Shown here: one piece after another, positions 59,736 to 64,000 of the stretch
Numbering within the stretch: the stretch's first letter is position 1
Layout: every line of letters starts with the position of its first letter
NCBI GenBank assembly: GCA_964016885.1
Contig: OZ024743.1
Span: forward strand, 164,052,001-164,116,000
Reading direction: 5' to 3'
Length of the DNA: 64,000 nucleotides
DNA from: Eledone cirrhosa
Taxonomy: Eukaryota
Made by a program: the position numbers and the translations under genes
The notes under the pieces: model-generated
What the model was told of the DNA's origin: nothing
Database searches by the model: none
The model's input: only the letters and a program-made list of their open reading frames with translations

Positions 59736-61289
59736 AAGTATAGGCACACCTATTTTAATAATGATGTGTTATAAATATGACTATATATACACGCACAGGC
59801 ATAACTATTAATTATATGTAGCTCACGTGATATATAAAAAGATTTTCCCTCAGGGTGTTGAACTTATTAACTCAGTAACCACCAGCACCTTTAACCCCAC
59901 CACTAGCATCAACACTCTCTACTCTCCTATTGCCACCTCCACCCCCACCATTATCACCACGACCATCTCCATCACCACCACTACCTTCAATGCCATCTCC
60001 ACCATAATCCACTCTTATTGTAATTTATTTTTATCAATTTATTTTTATGTAAGATATCTTACAGGAGGACATTCTCTCTATGCTACTTGTTACACAATCT
60101 GCATACTTACACATATACACACATATAACTGCATGTACACAGACATACACACATGTGCACCTGTCTATTTCCAGATGTTCACACCCATTCAAACACACAA
60201 AACCTCACATAATCATAAATACACATGTGCATATCAACATTTACACACACAAACACACATCTTTATATACAGATGTTCACATGCCTACAAATTTGACATA
60301 CGCACACATATATATAACATAATTTGCAAAGCTTTAGGGCACATTCTTTCATTATCACAAATATATCCCTCCCTCTCTCCCTGCTCGACAAACACACACA
60401 CACTCTCTTCATTTCTCATGCACAGATATTCTCAGTTTCTTCTTTCTCTCACTTTCATTCACTCCCACCCCACCCTCTCACACACACAGTGATCCTGTTC
60501 TATCAACCTTAAAATATTTTTCTGAATAATTCTCTATCTTAAACCTTTTGATACCAAACTGTCTGAAAGCTCCCTTGTCTCATCTAAAAAGTTTCCATCA
60601 TAATTTTATGTAAGAACCTTTGTTAAGTTACATTCTCATTTATGGAAATTCTCTTCAAAAGCAACATCAATCATCGTCTCTCTCTCTCTCTCTCCTTGAA
60701 TTACGTTCTCCCTTTCTCGTTTTAGTTATATTCATAAATCTCTTCATATTCTGGATTATTTTCAAAATTATTTGGAAATCGTAAGCAGTGCATTTCATTA
60801 GAAATATGACAATGAAAGGTTTCATATAAACTGTGCTGAATATTTAATATAAAAATATTGCCTACTTTCATATAAATATAGTATAAAGAAGGTTGTGTAA
60901 ACTATTTTAATTCTCTTTCCTGTTTTATGCTTAAGTGTAAATTTAATTATTTAATTTTTGTATTTGTTTTGCAAGTCTTGATGTGAAATGTGTTGAAACT
61001 GATATTGCTGCACTTTATTACCATATTCCATATGAAATACACTATTTGAATTAATTAATGAAGAATTTGGAGGGATAAACTAAAATTATTAATTATTTCA
61101 TTATTAAAATGTAACCTAACTTAATAGGTTGTGTTGTAATAGAGTTAATTTTCCAACCACATGGTCTGGGGTTTTATTCCACTATTCAATCTAACAATAA
61201 TAAAATATGTCTATTGCTTTCACTCGTTGGTTTACCAGGCAACATCTACTCCTTACTACATTGTCCTTGTTTTCCAAAACTTGGTTTAA

Positions 61290-61600
61290 CTATTGGCATG
61301 GGTTAAACAAGTTATGTTGGGAGCAATGCCAGGTCAATGCTTGTACAGAACCAATTTTGGTTTGGTTTCTATGGCTGGATGCTCTTCCTAGCGCCAACCT
61401 CATTTACAGTGAGTGCTAGGTTCTTTTTGTCATGACGCATACACAACCACTACAGTGTGGACTTTTGCTTTTTGCCATAACACCTACACGACCACTTTAC
61501 ATGTGAACTGGGTATTTTTTGCCATGACACCTACACGACCACTTTACAGTGTGGGATGGGCGCTTTTTTACCATGTCGCTGTCACGACCACTTTACAGTA
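61290..61600 (-). repeat. RTE/SINE 3'UTR with four to five ~50-bp tandem subrepeats
   Basis: Repeated GCCATGACACCTACACGACCACTTTACA units after GCTGGATGCTCTTCCTAGCGCCAACC. Confidence 0.7.
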
Positions 61601-61960
61601 TCGCAAACCATGTATGGAACCTCAAAAATAATGGCAAAGCATTCTCCATTAAATGGAAGATACTGGCAAAATTTTGTCCCATTGACGTAGGGGGTGGAAA
61701 AATACACCCCTTATGTCAATGGGATGAAATTTTGCCAGCTGTGTAACTCAGAGAAGTGGAATATACTCTCACAACTGGCTTCATGGAAACACTGCTTGAA
61801 TACACAACTGCTTCAGTCATTGTCCTCATGAAGCAAAACTTGTTCTGAAAAAAGGGTTTTGACCAGTACATGTTAACTGTTGTAATTAATTATACTTAAC
61901 TTGTCCTATGGACTGAATGCTCTAACCTTTGGATATTTATACCGAATTTGTACTATAATA
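61600..61960 (+). mobile_element. PLE GIY-YIG C-terminal remnant plus pLTR end
   Basis: ANHVWNLKNNGKAFSIKWKILAK; TTGTCCTATGGACTGAATGC shared with ~37653. Confidence 0.65.
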
Positions 61961-62344
61961 TATATATATATATATCACAAATTTAAATCATATATATAGC
62001 TCCATGAACATAAAGGGTAAAATCCAAATTTTCAGAACTTCATTTACAAAAAATTTATTTTGGTATAATAATTGTTTCTACTTTTGGCACAAGGCCAGCA
62101 ATTATCCCAGTGCATTACTGGTACTTTATTTTATCGACCCCTGTAAGGATGAAAGGCAAAGTTAACCTTGGCGGTATTTGAACTCAGAACGTAAAGGGCC
62201 ATAACTCTGTGCTGTAAGGCATGGTATCTAACGCTCTACTGATACTACCAATTAACTGCTCTTATTTCGGTATAATAATGTAGTAAAATATAGTGTAGTA
62301 AGGAAAAATATATTTAAAGGCAAACATAATTTGACTTACATTAT

Positions 62345-64000
62345 AATTAGTAAATTCAACCCAGCTATTGCCCTGGTCTGTATTGTTGTATTGTGCTCAA
62401 ATCTATTTATAATGCCCATTTTTCATAGAATAAAAGATGTTAAAAGGTATTTAAATATTGCATAACATACTTTTAAAAATTTATTTAGAATATCTAAATA
62501 CAGAAAGAAATTTAAAAAATAACAGAAAAATGCATTCTACGAAAATTATAAAACATTTTGGTATATACAATGTTTTTAACTTTTTTCTTTGGAGCATATA
62601 TGAAGAGTTTGTGGCGACTTCCTATTCTGAAACAACCTTCATACAATTGACCATGTGAGAAACAGCTCTCTTCAAGATGGAGACCTTCAAACTGCAGTGT
62701 TTGAACTTGGGACTTGTTGATGGTCATTGTGTAACTAACTCTGACTGGGAATTGCAATTCTTTGAAATGAAGAGTGACACCTGTTGGTATAAGTGGTATT
62801 CTAGGTATAACCATGATGTCTCCCAATGAGGATTTTAGCTTCAATAATGTAAGGCAGTAGTTTAGTCACAGCCATACGCGTTCCATTGCTCAATCTTGAC
62901 TGATCCAGGTTTCTGAGAAGCATGATACTGTGCCCTTCTTCAGGTCAAGGTTGTGTGGCTGATAAGATATTTAACGGGATAATAAACAGCTTTGTCCTTC
63001 TTGACAACTTTGTCTATATATTTATAGGTCTGGCTACTTCCAGGGATCATTTGTGAGAGATTTATGTAGATGACATTCACTGTGATGTTTTGTGGGGGCA
63101 AGAATTGTTCTTTCACACAACCACTCCTTGGAATGGTGAATTTCGAATTGGGGAATACTTGATTAATTAAGCTTTCAACGCTTTCAACAACAGTACAAAA
63201 TGATGAAGGATCAAAATATCCTTCAGTATCAGGGTATATTTTGCCTTCACCAAGTTTCAGAAGCTTTTGAGCAAACTCTGCAAAAATATCACCGTGAAGT
63301 TGTGCCCCGATATTGAGTTTGGTGATGCATGGCCATAAAGTTGATGATTTTAGGCAAGCTTAAACTTAATCGGTGTGAGTCCCCTCGGAAATCCCCTGAT
63401 AGTGATTCCTCCCATGATTGTTGTGCTGTTCCGGATATCTTTCAGTTTTCTGTCCAAGACTTCCAATGCACATCTGTGCACCATTGTGCAATCATCCCCC
63501 CAAATTGCCACACATCTTTACAATACTTGGACAGTTCCTGAGTTCTTCTTTATATAACACATGGACATTTCATTTAAACTGAGGTCCAAGTTCAATTTGA
63601 AAGCAGAATGAACTGCCTGACTTCCAGGTAAAAATGTAGCAGCAATTCAAGATTAAGCAACCACTAAAGGTATTTTTTGGTCTTGTATTTTAGACAACAA
63701 TAGGTTTATGAAGAAAGTTTTACTAGTTCCACCTGGAGCATCAATAAAAAAAAAAATCATCAATAGTAGTTTTTGCTTTTTGTTAACATAGGAGATGGGA
63801 TTTTCTATGTTGTAGGAAGTTTCTTGCACAGTTTCACTCGTTAGGTCATACAAATTAGTTCTATCGGTGCGAAGAAGGCATAATAAATGTAGAGCAGGTC
63901 CATATATTTCTGCCAGTTTGTCTTCAATCTTGATCACAGCTGCGTTATAATGTTTGTCTAAAAAAGTTACTTCTATGTCAGGGTTTCTAAATTACACTTC
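62345..64000 (-). mobile_element. Helitron 3' part: degenerate Pif1-like helicase and terminus
   Basis: FFIDAPGGTSKTF (Walker A), IPRIPLIP..QFPVRVSYTMTINKSQVQTL...FSHGQLY...KNIVY; terminal CCAGGGCAATAGCTGGG..CTAA near 62347. Confidence 0.88.

Noticed and set aside
59827-60492. 221-aa T/H-rich ORF (also the P/Q/T-rich ORF at 29872-30099)
   Set aside because: Low-complexity (ACC)n and (CA)n sequence with no domain or splice support.
61390-61600. Regularly spaced repeats resembling a CRISPR array (also 72-250)
   Set aside because: The intervening segments are homologous to each other, the units match LINE/SINE 3'UTR subrepeats, there are no cas genes and the context is eukaryotic.

Overview
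AT-rich, microsatellite-dense eukaryotic DNA made almost entirely of transposable-element copies; I could not support any host protein-coding gene. The repeat families resemble those I associate with coleoid cephalopods such as Octopus (inference from recalled repeat motifs, no database search). Contents: (i) about eight copies of an RTE-type LINE whose reverse transcriptase carries an inserted C4HC3 PHD-like finger, including a near-full-length APE+RT copy at ~39.3-43.0 kb split by one frameshift; (ii) a second RTE/BovB-like family with three C-terminal C2H2 fingers; (iii) several Penelope-like (PLE) fragments (RT, GIY-YIG) and about nine type I hammerhead-ribozyme motifs, some intact-looking, one a U3-A8 core variant, and several in or between fold-back inverted repeats; (iv) tRNA-derived SINEs, one with a 3' half stitched from two local RTE subfamilies; (v) hAT-, pogo/Tc1- and piggyBac-type MITEs, a deleted LTR/gag element, CR1 and R4/RLE fragments, and a Helitron helicase end. 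Most ORFs in the supplied track are microsatellite translations or antisense shadows of LINE ORFs. Coordinates of degenerate elements are approximate. The most promising signals are the hammerhead/fold-back units and the PHD-in-RT LINE with its chimeric SINE partner.
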